The position numbers and the translations under genes were made by a program. Positions 38,578 to 52,224 of a stretch of 64,000 nucleotides of DNA are shown here, one piece after another (position 1 is the first letter of the stretch; each line of letters starts with the position of its first letter). Origin of the DNA: Octopus vulgaris (Eukaryota); the NCBI GenBank assembly GCA_951406725.2, contig OX597831.1, forward strand, positions 1,302,001-1,366,000, read 5' to 3'. The notes under the pieces are model-generated. The model saw only the letters and a program-made list of their open reading frames with translations, did not search any database and had not been told where the DNA came from.

Positions 38578-39373
38578 ATCAACACTCCATACAGTCAATG
38601 TCAATAACATACATTTTTACAGACACTCACACATACTCCAGAATATACATCTATACACCATATAATAAATATGAGGGACCCTCCACATGGTGACTATATC
38701 TACTAGACATAGCAACCAATTTTTCTCAAATAACACCCCATCATCTTAAAAAAAAAAGAAAAACATTCAAAAATGTCATAAAAATAATGCAAACAGACAA
38801 GATGGTCATGGCTGGAACACCTTTGATCATGGCTCTGCTGAATCAACACTCCATACAGTCAATGTCAATAACATACATTTTTACAGACACTCACATATAC
38901 TCCAGAATATACATCTATACACCATATAATAAATATGAGGGACCCTCCACATGGTGACTATATCTACTAGACATAGCAACCAATTTCTCTCAAATAACAC
39001 CCCATCATCTTAAAAAAAAAAGAAAAACATTCAAAAATGTCATAAAAATAATGCAAACAGACAGGATGGTCATGGCTGGAACACCTTTGATCATGGCTCT
39101 GCTGAATCAACACTCCATACAGTCAATGTCAATAACATACATTTTTACAGACACTCACACATACTCCAGAATATACATCTATACACCATATAATAAATAT
39201 GAGGGACCCTCCACATGGTGACTATATCTACTAGACATAGCAACCAATTTTTCTCAAATAACACCCCATCATCTTAAAAAAAAAAGAAGAACATTAAAAA
39301 ATGTCATAAAAATAATGCAAATAGACAGGATGGTCATGGCTGGAACACCTTTGATCATGGCTCTGCTGAATCA
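38578..39373. repeat. tandem triplication of a 264-bp unit
   Basis: AACACTCCATACAGTC starts at 38581, 38845 and 39109; copies differ by only a few bases. Confidence 0.95.
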
Positions 39374-39618
39374 GAGAAAACTTGTGGTTACATAGCAACA
39401 TACTATTTTGATATTACAATAATAGATACACACTCACATGCACACGTGTGTTTGTGTAAATACATACATATATTTACATCATACATATTTACACACACAC
39501 ACACACACACAAATATCATACACCAGAATACTTGACTCTGACAAACACAGTCCTAACCCGAAACAGTAAGCATCCTGAACACAACCAGTCATCTACACAA
39601 TCACACCACATGCATACA

Positions 39619-39673
<55 letters not shown>

Positions 39674-40168
39674 CATCCACCTCCATTCCCTTAGTCTGTC
39701 TGTCTGACAGTCCAGCCTCAAGCTAAGAACAGGGACCAGTTAGACACACCCAGTTGCTTGCACACAGACACCTCCTCCTATACACCCAATCCCTCTTCTC
39801 TACATCTGATAAGATTCCCACCGCCTTCGCCATCACCACCACCACCACCATTCATGATCAATAAAACTATCACTAACTAAACCTTCACCACCATTACGGG
39901 TTGCCATGATCACTACCACTACCACTACTACTACTACTACTATTACTAACACCCATCATAACCACCTCAAGCAATAACCTCATTGCCATCCTAAACCCAA
40001 CGTTAACCCAGCATTCCTTGTAAAATGGAGTCTGCTGCTGTTTACATCATGGATGTTTGGTTGGTGCAACCCTATACACATTGGCTATTCTGTTTCTGAT
40101 TTTCAATTCCACACTTTCTCCTCTCAGCCCCCCACCTCTTATGTCTGTGTTTGTGTGCCCTGCCTGTA

Positions 40169-40254
<86 letters not shown>

Positions 40255-40689
40255 CAATCCAATCCAACTGCTATGAAACCAATTTCAGCAATCTGTAGTC
40301 TTTAAGCAATATCATTCCTCTATCTCCAACTTCATACACACATACACACACATATACACCACACTCTCCCTCTCTCAAACCTTGACAGACTGATAGAGAA
40401 AGAAAGGGGTAAGAAGAAAAAAGAAAAAAAAGAAGAAAGTAAGAATGTTCGCCAAGTATTAAGATCCTTTCCTTTCTTGTCACCTCTTATATTAAGAAAG
40501 TTGTTATTGTTCCCTGCAATTCAATCTTGGAGGAAGGAAGAAGTACAGTCAATTGAATCAGCCCCTCCATATTAGTGGTGTTTATTTTATCAACTGAGAT
40601 GAAATGACAACTGAAATCAACTCTGGTTAGATTTGAACTTACAGAGATAAAACTAAATGCTGTATAATATGGCACTGTAACTCAATATT

Positions 40690-41072
40690 GTCATCATCAT
40701 CATTTTAATGTCCATTTTTCTGTGCTTGCATGGGTTGGACAGAGATTATTGAGGCAGATTTTTCTATGGCTTTATGCCCTTCCTCTTGCAAACCCTCATG
40801 TTTCCTAGTAAGGTAATATTTCCCCATGGTCAGACATTCTTGTAGAATATTGAAAATGAATGACACTGCTTGCACAACAGTAACACAAATACACACACAC
40901 ACAGGTATATGTGAGCTTCTCTCAGTTTCCATCTTCCAAATTCACTCATGAGGCTTTGGTAAACCCAGAGCTATAGTAGAAAACACTTGTCAAAGGGGCC
41001 GTGCATTGGGGTTGAACCTGAAACCATGTGGTTGAGAAGCAAACTTTTTACAACATAGCTATGCCAGCACCT
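40690..41072 (-). mobile_element. chimeric SINE: family A head with RTE-type (family C) tail
   Basis: A-type head ..TTTGACAAGTGTTTTCTACTATAGC.. joined to GGAAGGGCAT..CCAACCCATGCAAGCA..GGACATTAAAATGATG. Similar copies at 42880-43240 and 45960-46345. Confidence 0.8.
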
Positions 41073-41797
41073 ATATAAATAATATTTTTGACTTTGGCTC
41101 AAAGCAACAAATTTATAGAGGAGGAGCAAATCATGTGCACTGACTCCAGTTTGGACCAATATCTGTGTTGTTAACTCACAGAAGTATGAACGTTTAAGTC
41201 AAACATGGTGGGATTATCACTCAGACCTATCATAAACGCTATTCTGCTTTGCAATGCAATAATAATGATTTCTAACACGGGCATGTATCTCCCCTTCAGT
41301 AAGACGCTTGTTCATATTATTGGTTACTTTTTATTGAGCTCAGAGGGATGAAAAGTAACGTTTCCTTTAACAATATCTAAACTCAGTATAACGGTTTCTG
41401 ATTAGGTAGCAGTTTTGAAGGAAAGTGGGGGTAGTCAATTATATCAATTCCAACACTTGACTGGAATTGATAAGACAAAGTTGACCTAAGCTGGATTTGA
41501 ACTCAGAATATAAAAAAGCCTGAACAAATCACTGCACAGCATTTTTCTGACACTCTAATGATTCTGCCAAGATTCTATGGTGCTGCAAGCCAATGATGAA
41601 GTCCTATGTAATTGTTCAACTGCCTAGAAATCACAGCCAAATCTCTCTCATATTACTCTCTACCATTAATGCTTTTTACAACTTCATATAGCACGTCTCA
41701 TATGGCTTCCACACAATCTCCTCTTTGAAATACTAAATCATCATCCCGATTTTCTATCTAATGCATACTCTGATTCTAAAATTAGCAAGTGAATTAA

Positions 41798-42018
41798 CCC
41801 TTTTGATATGAACCCATCCAAGACCACCCCTGGTTTTATGATACAAACTCTCAGCTTTAGAATGATTTAAACTAAAATCTTCCACTAAAATTTCACATTA
41901 ATTTTGTGCCAAATACCAACTTCATAATGACAAAGTTATTTTACTAAATTATTCATTATTTTAAAAATTAATTGAAACAAACTCGGTGTGTTTCAACAGA
42001 AATATGGTAACAAAAAGG
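41798..42018. mobile_element. piggyBac-type MITE (family P2)
   Basis: TTAA-CCCTTTTGATA ... GGTAACAAAAAGG-TCAA. Confidence 0.7.
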
Positions 42019-42084
42019 TCAAATGTGTAGGACAAAAGGAAATTATTATTATTATTATTATTATTGTTTTGTTTTGTTTTTTTG

Positions 42085-44124
42085 TAATGTCACTAGTGAA
42101 GAAAAATACAGGGAAGTTCTTGCAGCACAATTAAAGAATATTAAATTTTTTATTAATTATTGATGAAAATACAGATGTACCTACAAAACAAAAAAAAAAG
42201 AAGAAAACTTGTTCTAATAGCTAGATTTTATGATAACCATATTAACAAAAAAAAAATAGTTGACAAGCTTTTAATGCTTTTAAAAATTAATTGCTGTACT
42301 GCCCAAGGCATTACAATTTCTAAAGTAAATTTCTTTGAAAGCATGGCATCCCATTTTAAAATCTGATAGGCCATGCAAGTGTTAGTGGTAGAGTTAAAAA
42401 TCAGTGTTCAAAATCTCCTGAAGCAGAAAGAGCCATATCTCTTTATACATGGCTATATACACCAGTCATTACATTTACACGTATTCTACACATGCTCCAA
42501 ACTTCCAACTTCCTTAGCGGAGGAGCTGACTAGAATTGTTTATTCATAATTATCAAACAGTCCAAAGACATTATCTGAATATTTAGAATTTCAGGAATTT
42601 ACCCAGTCAGATGCAAAAAGAGTTTACATCATAGCCTATACTTGAAGGCTATCCCATCAGCAAAGGAGAGAAAGACTACTGAATCAATCAATGATCAGTA
42701 CTTGTTTTATTCTTTACCTTCAGTTGGAGAAGATGGGATAATTTCAGTATCTGTAACATGAGGTTCACATATGCCAATTGTAAAAATGTACTTAGCATTT
42801 TTAACTCTTATTCTGCCACCACCACAGAAGCCATTGCTGCTGCCGCCACTAACACCACCACCACCACCATCAGCAACAGTATTTAATATCCACTTTTCCA
42901 TGCTTACATAGGCTAGGCGGAGTTTATTTGAGGAAGATCCTCTTCTTGTCATCAACTCTCATCTGATTCCAAGCAAGGTAATATTTCCCCAGAGCCAGAC
43001 ACATTGTCACAGAATACTGGAAATGAATGACACTGCTTGTATGACAGCAACACTAATTTACAACCATTATGTTATGTTAAGACAAAGAGACACAAACACA
43101 CACATATACATATATACAAGGGGCTTCTTTCAGTTTCAGTCTACCAAATCCACTTTGGTCAACCCGAGGCTATAGTAGAAGAGTTCCATGCAGTGGGACT
43201 GAACCCAGGACCATATGCTTGGGATGCCATACCTGTACCAATTTATAAATAAAATCAACTTAGAGTTTCAAGTAGAGAATTTTAGAATTCAGAGGCCACA
43301 GTATGAATGGTATCCTTGTTAATTTTATAAAAAGAAAAAAGAGCAAGTACAAAAATAACAGAGATATGTTGAAAGTTTACATCAATGATCCTTCAATTTA
43401 TGTTCCCTTAAGTGAAATATATTGTGGAATAAGAACTCAAAGTATTTTGAAGAATTTCAACTCGTGACATTGAACTTATGAGAAACTATGCAATTTAGTG
43501 TATAAATTATTTTATTTCATCTAATATGTTCACTAATTTACAATTATTAGCAATTTTAGATCTAGTAAAATGTGCCTCAAGGATAGCTATCTTCAAATAT
43601 CTCACTGGCCATGAAATTTGCTAATATTATTGAAGAGAAAAACCCGAAAGAAATCAATAGAAAATGGTGAGAGTTAAATTTGCAAAAGAATGAAATATCA
43701 GAACTAAAGAAATACTGTATTGTAATTCTCAAGAAAAATATAGAAACAACTTAGGTTTCCCATTTATCTTGAAGATAATGATAAATTTAATATCATTTTT
43801 CACCTGCTTCATAAAGGCTGTTTTCTTTGGTATACAGTATATAAAGATTAGAAGAAAGAAAAAAACATTACTGGCTATGTAGTGAAACACTAAATACTTT
43901 CTTATACAGAAAAAAATATGACATGTACATAATGGTAACTACCAGAAAAATTGTACAAAAAATTCAGAAAACTAAATGTATACCAACGAAAAATAGAGAA
44001 CAAGTTTTTAATATAGAATAAGGTTATTTATATGTTTTGATATTTAATTGGTAAAAATCCAAGAATTCTTGGTAAATTTTAGAAAATTATCCAGTAAAAT
44101 TCATGAAAATTATCTGGCAACCAC
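42085..44124 (+). mobile_element. decayed hAT transposon (transposase pseudogene), split by a SINE at about 42820-43240
   Basis: LIIDENTDV (first catalytic Asp motif), LFIHGYIHQSLHL (CxxH-type motif), NSPK..EFQEF, T*RLS (TRWLS-like), MYLAFLTLILP | NKINLEFQ. Probable right TIR TCTGGCAACCAC. Confidence 0.85.
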
Positions 44125-44161
44125 AGGCAACAGATCTCAAGTGTCAGTAGAATGATAAAAC

Positions 44162-44205
44162 TCACTTCGTTCATACTGTAAAGTGGTTGGTTAAAATCAC
44201 ACCAA

Positions 44206-44236
<31 letters not shown>

Positions 44237-44428
44237 CAAAAATAAAAGAAGACACAAACAATCAACAAAAACTGGCAGATTTCTGTTGCTGTATCTGAGT
44301 CACTTCGTTCATACTGTGGTTGGTTAAAATCACACCAAACTAATAATAATAATAATAATAATGATACAAAAATTAAAAAAAAAGACACAATCACAAAAAC
44401 TGGCAGATTTCTGTTGCTGTATCTGAGA
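44162..44428. repeat. tandem duplication, unit about 135 bp
   Basis: TCACTTCGTTCATACTGT..(AAT)n..CTGGCAGATTTCTGTTGCTGTATCTGAG occurs twice. Confidence 0.9.
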
Positions 44429-44534
44429 GACAGCAAAGGGCAAAAGCAAGTAAGTAAGGATTTGCCAGAACCAACCCAAGCCAGAATGGAAAAACAGACA
44501 AAAGAAATGAATATGATGATGGTAATGATGCTTA

Positions 44535-44763
44535 TGGCGAGCTGGCAGAAATGTTAGCACACCGGGCGAAATGCTTAGCGGTATTTCGTCTGCGTTACGT
44601 TGTGAGTTCAAATTCCGCCGAGGTCGACTTTGCCTTTCATCCTTTCGGGGTCGATAATTTAGGTACCAGTTACGCACTGGGGTCGATGTAATCGACTTAA
44701 TACCTATGTCTGTCCTTGTTTGTCCCCTCTGTGTTTAGCCCCTTGTGGGTAATAAAGAAATAG
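44535..44763 (+). mobile_element. SINE family B, young, AATAAAGAAATA tail variant
   Basis: GGCGAGCTGGCAGAA head, B box GAGTTCAAATTCC, Deu/Nin-like domain, tail TTGTCCCCTCTGTGTTTAGCCCCTTGTGGGTAATAAAGAAATA. Also at 47950-48172 and 60713-60930. Confidence 0.9.
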
Positions 44764-44846
44764 GTAATGATGCTTATGAGTGCGTGTATGCACACGCACA
44801 TACACACTAACACTATGCTTTTGTATGAGTGTACATTAATATTATT

Positions 44847-44881
<35 letters not shown>

Positions 44882-45504
44882 TATGCACTACAACCATCAT
44901 ACCCAAGTCTCAATTCCACACCCTCCTCTCCAAAATACCCCAACCACAGTTTGCTTAATTGATTGCTTGAGTGTTTGTTCTGCTTTCTTTGAAACCACTG
45001 AAGATGGGAAATCTAATTTTTTTTTTTTTATCAATAATTACTAAACAAAATTTTTTTTTAAGCATTTAAAAAACTTTTGCTTTCTTTTATCAAATATTTT
45101 TTAGTTATATGTTGTGTGAGCTATGGTTTATTTGACAAACAAGATCAGTTATGTGAAAAATGAAGTGCAATACAAATATGAGTTACAGACAAAAAATAAA
45201 TGAAATCAGTTACACACACACACACACACACACACTGAAATGAAGAAAAACAAAATGCAATTGAAATGTGGGCTGTATGAAAAATAAAATCAGTTATATG
45301 AAAACATGAAATGCAATAGAATGTTGACAAACATGGATACATAGCAACACTATTTCTTTCAGATAGTGGCAATTATAGTATTAGTGATAACTAGTGAAAA
45401 AAATATATTCAAATAGTGACCGTACAGAAAGAAAATTTTCCTTTTGTTTTTATATGTTAAAAGTTTAGATGATATTGGGTAAAAAATTTACCAGTCTTGA
45501 GTTG

Positions 45505-45545
<41 letters not shown>

Positions 45546-46354
45546 GTGAGCTGGGCATAAAGTTTAGCCGCATTTCATCCATCTTCAAGTTCTGAGTTCA
45601 AATTCTGCCAAGTTTGATTTTGCCTTTCATCCTTTCAGAGTTGATAAAATAAGTACCAGTTGAGTACTGGGGTCGATGTAATCAACTATCCCCCAAATTT
45701 CAGGCCTTCTGCCTGTTGTAGAAAGTATTATTCTTATTAAGGGATGGCAAGGAAGCAAAATCATTAGTGTTGCAAAAAAAATGCCTTACAGTATTTGCTT
45801 CAGCTCTTTATGTTCTGAGTTCAAATTCTACTAAGATTAACTTTGCTTTACTCACCCTGGGTTGATAGAATAAAGTATCAGTCAATAATTGGGAAATTAT
45901 TGATTAATCCCCTCTTCCCATATCTCTGGTCTTGTGCCTCTATCAGCAACAAAAATAGAAGACACTAGCCCAAGGTGCTGGCAATGGGAATGAACCTGAA
46001 AGCACATGGTTGCAAAGCAAGCTCCTTAACCACACAGCTATGCCTGCACTTATGTATGTATGTATGCACGTATGTATGCATGTGTGTGTGTGTATGTGTG
46101 TGTACATGCAAGACTGTTAACATTCCACATGGTTGCCAGTCACTGGCTGAGTGAAACCAGTGATATGATGATCATATACTTCAGTGACATTACAACCAGT
46201 CATTATGCACTTTCAAAGAACAATGGAATAAAAAAAATTCCTGACTTGAAAAACAGATAAGGGTTGGCAATAGGAAGAACATTCAACTGTAAAATGCAGT
46301 CTCACAAAGTACTCATCCAATCCATGCTTATATGAGAAAATCCAAAATTAAGGG

Positions 46355-46370
46355 AACGAATATCTATCTA

Positions 46371-46410
<40 letters not shown>

Positions 46411-46900
46411 CCTATCTATCTACCTACCTATCTATCCACCTACCTACCTATCTATCTACCTACCTATCTATCTACCTACCTACCTACCTACCTACCTACC
46501 TACCTACCTATCTACCTACCTACCTACCTACCTACCTACCTGTCTATCTATCTATCTACCTACCTATCTATCTATCTTTTTTCCCTTTTACGATCCCTTT
46601 TGATCGAAAACCTACGCCACCTTTTTTTTGTTTTTTTCATCCCCCAAAAGAAAAGCTCTACCTTGTAACTTGTCCCATCTGTGTGCAGCCCCGTGTGGCC
46701 AATAAAGAAACTTATCTACCTATCTATCTACCTACCTATTTATCTACCTACCTACCTATCTATCTATCTACCTACCTACCTATCTATCTATCTATCTACC
46801 TACCTACCTACCTATCTATCTATCTACCTACCTACCTACCTATCTATCTACCTATCTACCTACCTACCTATCTATCTATCTGTCTACCTATCTATCTCTT
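46355..46900. repeat. (TACC/TATC)n microsatellite containing a 134-bp insert
   Basis: Visible; insert at 46577-46710. Confidence 0.9.
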
Positions 46901-47843
46901 TAGACACACACAGACACACACACTAATAAATATTTAACTACATGATGTAGACAGTGTTTGTAAATTATATAAGGCATTTAGGGGTACAAACCTAAGGTCT
47001 GACAAAAAAAAGAGGAAAGGTCCTCTCATGGGCTATGCTGTGTGTATGTGCATGTGTGCATTCATATGTGTATGCATTAGGCCAATGTATATGTAAAAGA
47101 ATGACTTTTGGTTACATATACAGGCAAAGAGTGCAGTACACACACACACGTCTCCAGACTATCATTCAAATCCTCACCAATATGAAGGTATTTAATTCTG
47201 TTTCTCTCCACCCCACACACTCTCTCTCTCCATTTTGGTTTCTTTTTACACCATTTGTGTCCTCAAACAACTTGTTCCACACACAATCACAACTAATATT
47301 TATTACCTCCAGCTCTAAACACCACATTTGCCTTTCAATAGTACTAAGGTATTTTATATTTTAGCACAAAATGGAAAAGAACAGCTATGGGGAGGGAGGG
47401 AGGGAGGGAGGGTCAGGTGGGACAAGTTTATGATTAAAGCAAAAGAGAGAGAATAAAGGGGCGAATATGGAAGCAGAGATATGATTGGGTGTGGGGAACA
47501 GAATGCTAGTGTGTGTTTGTTACTGAAATGTTAAGTAAATAAACATTTGCGACTCATGGTGGGGTCAGGGCTTAAGAAGTTAAAAACAAGGAGCTGAGGT
47601 AGGAAGTACCTTGAAAGAGTGGAATAGGGATGATATAGCCATTACTGCTATTGTTGTTGTTGCTGCTGCTGTTACAGCAACTGGGTCAACTAGCTGACTG
47701 GAATTAAGGTGAAGTCATGGCCTTGTAGATCAAGAGTTCAAAACTCCAATGAAGAATATCAACAAATATTAATTAGGATACATAGTAGTGAAGGGTCTTT
47801 TTGTTTGTTTCTTTTGCTGATATATTTTTTCATTATTGGTAAT

Positions 47844-47875
<32 letters not shown>

Positions 47876-47949
47876 GTGTGTGTATGACTGTCTATACACA
47901 TTGTTGATACACAGGTATGTTGTTCTTGACTATATTGATGTCATTATTA

Positions 47950-48172
47950 AGGCCGCGAGCTGGCAGAATCGTTAGCACGTCAGGCAAAATGCTTAGCGGT
48001 GCTGCCGTTACGTTCTGAGTTCAAATTCCGCTGACGTCGACTTTGCCTTTCATCCTTTCGGGGTCGATAAATTAAATACCAGTTAATTGGGGTCGATGTA
48101 ACCGACTTAAGCCCTTTGTCTGTCCTTGTTTGTCCCCTCTATGTTTAGCCCCCTGTGGGCAATAAAGAAATA
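47950..48172 (+). mobile_element. SINE family B
   Basis: Matches 44535-44763. Confidence 0.9.
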
Positions 48173-48903
48173 ATTATTAAATATCTCAATTCTGTTGGAT
48201 CCTGCAAATAAATGTGTGTGTGTGTGTGTGAGTGTGCACGTGTGTGTATGTGACTGAAATAAAGAAAAATGATTGCATTTCAGTCAAGTAAAGAAAAGAT
48301 GTGTGTGTAGGTGCGTGTGCAAGCAAATATGCGCATGCATGGTGATGTTGACTTGCTATATTCTACTAAAGTGTTTTCAATACCATGTGTTATATGCAAT
48401 TGCTGTTTATGTTTGGTGCAGGCATGGTTGAACAGTTGAGATCATTTCCCAGTCATGAGGCACCTGGTTCAATTCTACAGAGTTCCATTAAGAAAAAGTA
48501 ACTTCTACACTAGCTTCATGCTTATTCAAGGCTTAGGAAGGAAATGTGTGTGTGCACGTGTGCATGCGTGTGCATGCATATGCATGTCTGTGCACACACA
48601 TATTGGTAGAGCCATCGAAACATCAGATGGAAAGCCTAACAGTATTCATTCATGCTATCTGTACACTGAGGTTAACTTTGCTTTCCATCTTTCAAGGACA
48701 ATAAAGTACCACTTCAATAGTGGAGTGAATTCTTCTTCCCATTCGCTTTTCCTCTGGAAATTGGCTGAGTTCAGATGGAGAGGGATGGATTCACCATATA
48801 TAAAAATACTTGGGACACAACAAATATTATGGTGGCACCTGAAGAGCACTATCAGAAGTATGAGGGCTCAAAGAAGCAAGGCAGGAAGGACATCTATCTA
48901 ATT

Positions 48904-49151
48904 CAGTAGTTCTCAACTAGGGTCCATAAGCCCCCTGGGGAGTGGGGTCGCTGTAAGATTTTATTGTTAAAATTTGTGCAATAAATTGTTTATATTTTTA
49001 CAATACACAAAATATTAAAAAAATTTTAAATAAAATTCCTAATAATATTTAATAATAAAAATACAATGAGGCAGTGAATGGCTACGGAGGTCCATCCAAG
49101 TAAAACAGGAATCAAAGGGGTCCACAGATAAAAAATGGTTGAGAACTACTG
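48904..49151. mobile_element. hAT-Charlie-type MITE
   Basis: Perfect 14-bp TIR CAGTAGTTCTCAAC / GTTGAGAACTACTG; 8-bp flanks ATCTAATT and ATCTAAAA (6 of 8 match). Confidence 0.9.
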
Positions 49152-50330
49152 ATCTAAAATATCAGTATATACCATCATCATCATTTTATTGTCACTTTTT
49201 CATGCTTGCATGAGTTGGACAGAGTTTGTTGAGCCAGATGCCTTTCCTGTCAGCAACTCATATTTATTTCCAAGCAAGGTAATATTTTCCCATGGCCAGA
49301 TAAGTTTTTGCAGAATATTGGAAATGAATGCTGCTGCTTATATGGCAGTCATACTCATTTACAAATGTACAAATACATATAGGTAAATAGATAGATATAA
49401 ATACATACATATACATACATGCACATACATATATACACATACATGTGTGTGTGAGTATATATATGCAAAGTTCATTCATTTGTTTGAAGATTGTTTTGGA
49501 AAATGTTCCTTAACAAAATGCTCCCTAAAGTTACACAGAATAATCTTTAAATATTTAACTCTACTCTTGTCCATGTGAAAACCTACAATTTACAATATAG
49601 CAAGTTATAAACTTAATACATTTGTAATTGCCCCATTTATCAAGTTGTGCCCTTTTCTCATTTCATAAACATCAGGATCTTCATCGATTTGCATCTTGAG
49701 AATACATTTTTATCTTCCCCACCCACACATATACTTTTTGTCTATAAGGTGGCACTCAGGCACTCAACTATAAGTCCACTGCATCTTTATAGCAGAAACA
49801 ACTGTAAGCTAATGCGGTTCATAAGATAATCGTTTATTTCTTTTGTCAATTTCTCACTCAACTAACCCTTCATTCTGAAGCACAGGTATATTGAGTTCTG
49901 TACCAGGTTATTAGTATCACAACACCTAAATGAAATATTAAAATACACACACACACATACACAAATATATATATAAAGAAGATAGTAAAACAACCCAAAA
50001 ACCCAGAAGATAAAATGTTGCTGTCCCCTGCTCACTTCCTTTTCTTAAAACAGACAATACCACCCGGGTTATTCCCTGTGTTATAAAATGTTTGAGAGAG
50101 ACAGAGAGAGAGAGAATGGGGGTGGCATGAGATGATGGGTGACTGGCAGGCTGGAAAAGGAAAGAAGAATGGAAGTGAAGAATGTGAAAGGAATACAGGA
50201 ACATATTCAGAAATAGACAATCAGGACTTCCATTTCCGAAGAGAACAACACATTCCTGAAAAAGAGAACCAGCTTGACTTCTTATCTATTTCTCTACCCC
50301 CACCATCATTTTCTCATCAGTTTGAACATT

Positions 50331-50367
<37 letters not shown>

Positions 50368-50447
50368 ACAACTCACTCATTCATTTCCTCTAATTCTAAT
50401 ACATCAATGTGTGTACATTATTTGTAAGTATGTAAACATACAGTTAC

Positions 50448-50490
<43 letters not shown>

Positions 50491-50905
50491 TACATAACAA
50501 TGGTTTCTAACATTGGCAGAAGGCCATGCATTTCAAGGGAGGTAACAGCTGATTAAACTGACCCCCAGTACTTGGCTGGTGATTTGCTTTATCAACCACT
50601 CAAGCATGAATGTCAAAGCAAACAAACCTCAGGAGAATTTGAAGTGCAAATGTAAAGGGATGTATAACTAAAAGAAAAATAACTCAAGGCATTTTGTCCA
50701 GTGTCCAGTGTTCTATAGATTTATCTTTACATTAACAAGTGTACAGTGACCGTATATGTATGTGAGCACTGAAGTCAAACGCTTCTTAGTGTACATGAAA
50801 TATATATGCTTTTTTTATGTCAAGTTATGTATAAAAACAGTTTAACATGAAACTGAAGGATTACTCAATACTTCTCAGTAGAGAATAGAGTACCTGTTTA
50901 ATTAA

Positions 50906-51125
50906 CCATTTAGCATTTAAACAGGCCATATCTGGCCAAAATTTTCTGTATGTTTTATGTTCAAACTGGCTGAATATGGGCCCTTACACTAACCCTACAA
51001 TGACTTTCTAAAATTTAACAGTTACATCACCAAATTCTTGAAGCTAGGACATAATGCATGGTTAATTCAAATCAATATCAATAAATAAGCATTAAATTTG
51101 GCAGTGTAAGCTGAACGTTAAGGGC
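50906..51125. mobile_element. piggyBac-type MITE (family P1), older copy
   Basis: TTAA on both sides; body aligns with 61983-62203. Confidence 0.8.
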
Positions 51126-51611
51126 TTAAGTTTTAACAAAGAAAAGCTTGACAGTGACTTCAAAGCTTGGTCAATGCAATAACCACTATACACATGGCTT
51201 AAAGACTATGGTGTTGACCTCTTGATAGGGCTGGTTACATACTGTGTCCTTAAGAAAAGCACCTAATTTCACATTACTTCAGTCTACTGAGCAGAAAGTG
51301 AGTACCAGCTTGGTGCTGATGCAGCTCTCTTCCCTACAGCTAACACATTACACATCTTCAACGCTCCCTTGGCTCAAGTGGGGGGAGGGGGGCAAGTGTG
51401 TGTGTCTAACTGTCTTTGTGGTTACATAGACATCTAAAACAATTAGCAAAAGCATGGTACAAGCTGCCAGGTCACACCCACTTGTGAGGGACAATTAAGT
51501 GTGTATGCATGAGTTGTGCATATATGCAGGTCTTTGCATGTACCATGTCCTCGCATTGTATTTTTCTTGTCATTTTTTCTCTGTTTTTTTTTTTATATTA
51601 TATATATAGAT

Positions 51612-51857
51612 AGATGGGCTGGACACGTCGCCCGGCTCACCGATAGTCGGTGGACACACGCAGTTGTCGGGTGGTACCGCACAAGCGGAAAAGACCACCC
51701 GGAAGACCTCCACGACGGTGGAGTTACGATTTCAGGAGGACGATTGGGATCACGTGGATGAGAAAGGCGCAATCCAGAGAGGAGTGGACAGCGTGCTGTG
51801 ACCAGCGGTGTCAAATGGACGCTTGACGGACTGGTCGGTCAAGGTGATCAAGGTGAT
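51612..51857 (+). mobile_element. young, GC-rich RTE LINE 3' fragment
   Basis: RWAGHVARLTDSRWTHAVVGWY, then a frameshift, then HKRKRPPGRPPRRWSYDFRRTIGITWMRKAQSREEW; tail (CAAGGTGAT)2; lies in a (TA)n tract. Confidence 0.9.
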
Positions 51858-52224
51858 ATATATATATTGTACATACACAAACATTTGAATAAAGGGGAAT
51901 TATTGCAAATAGAGACAAACAGACATCTAGAAAGATAGATGATACACAGATGAACACATACTAGTTTGTATGAATGTATCAGTAAGAACACTTATAGGCA
52001 TGTATATGCTTTCTGGGAAGAGGGCACATGAAACAGGATGGGGGATGGGGTCAGAAAGAGAACAAGTACAGTTGCTTAACCAAAGGTGGTCTAGTCATGC
52101 ACATTACATCATTTTCTCAGCACCCGACCATTCATAATTCACTTCATCCTCCTTTTGTAAAATGGCTGGATGTAATTTGAGGGAGATTCAGCAACTATGT
52201 CCAGCTATTTCAGTAATTCTTTTT

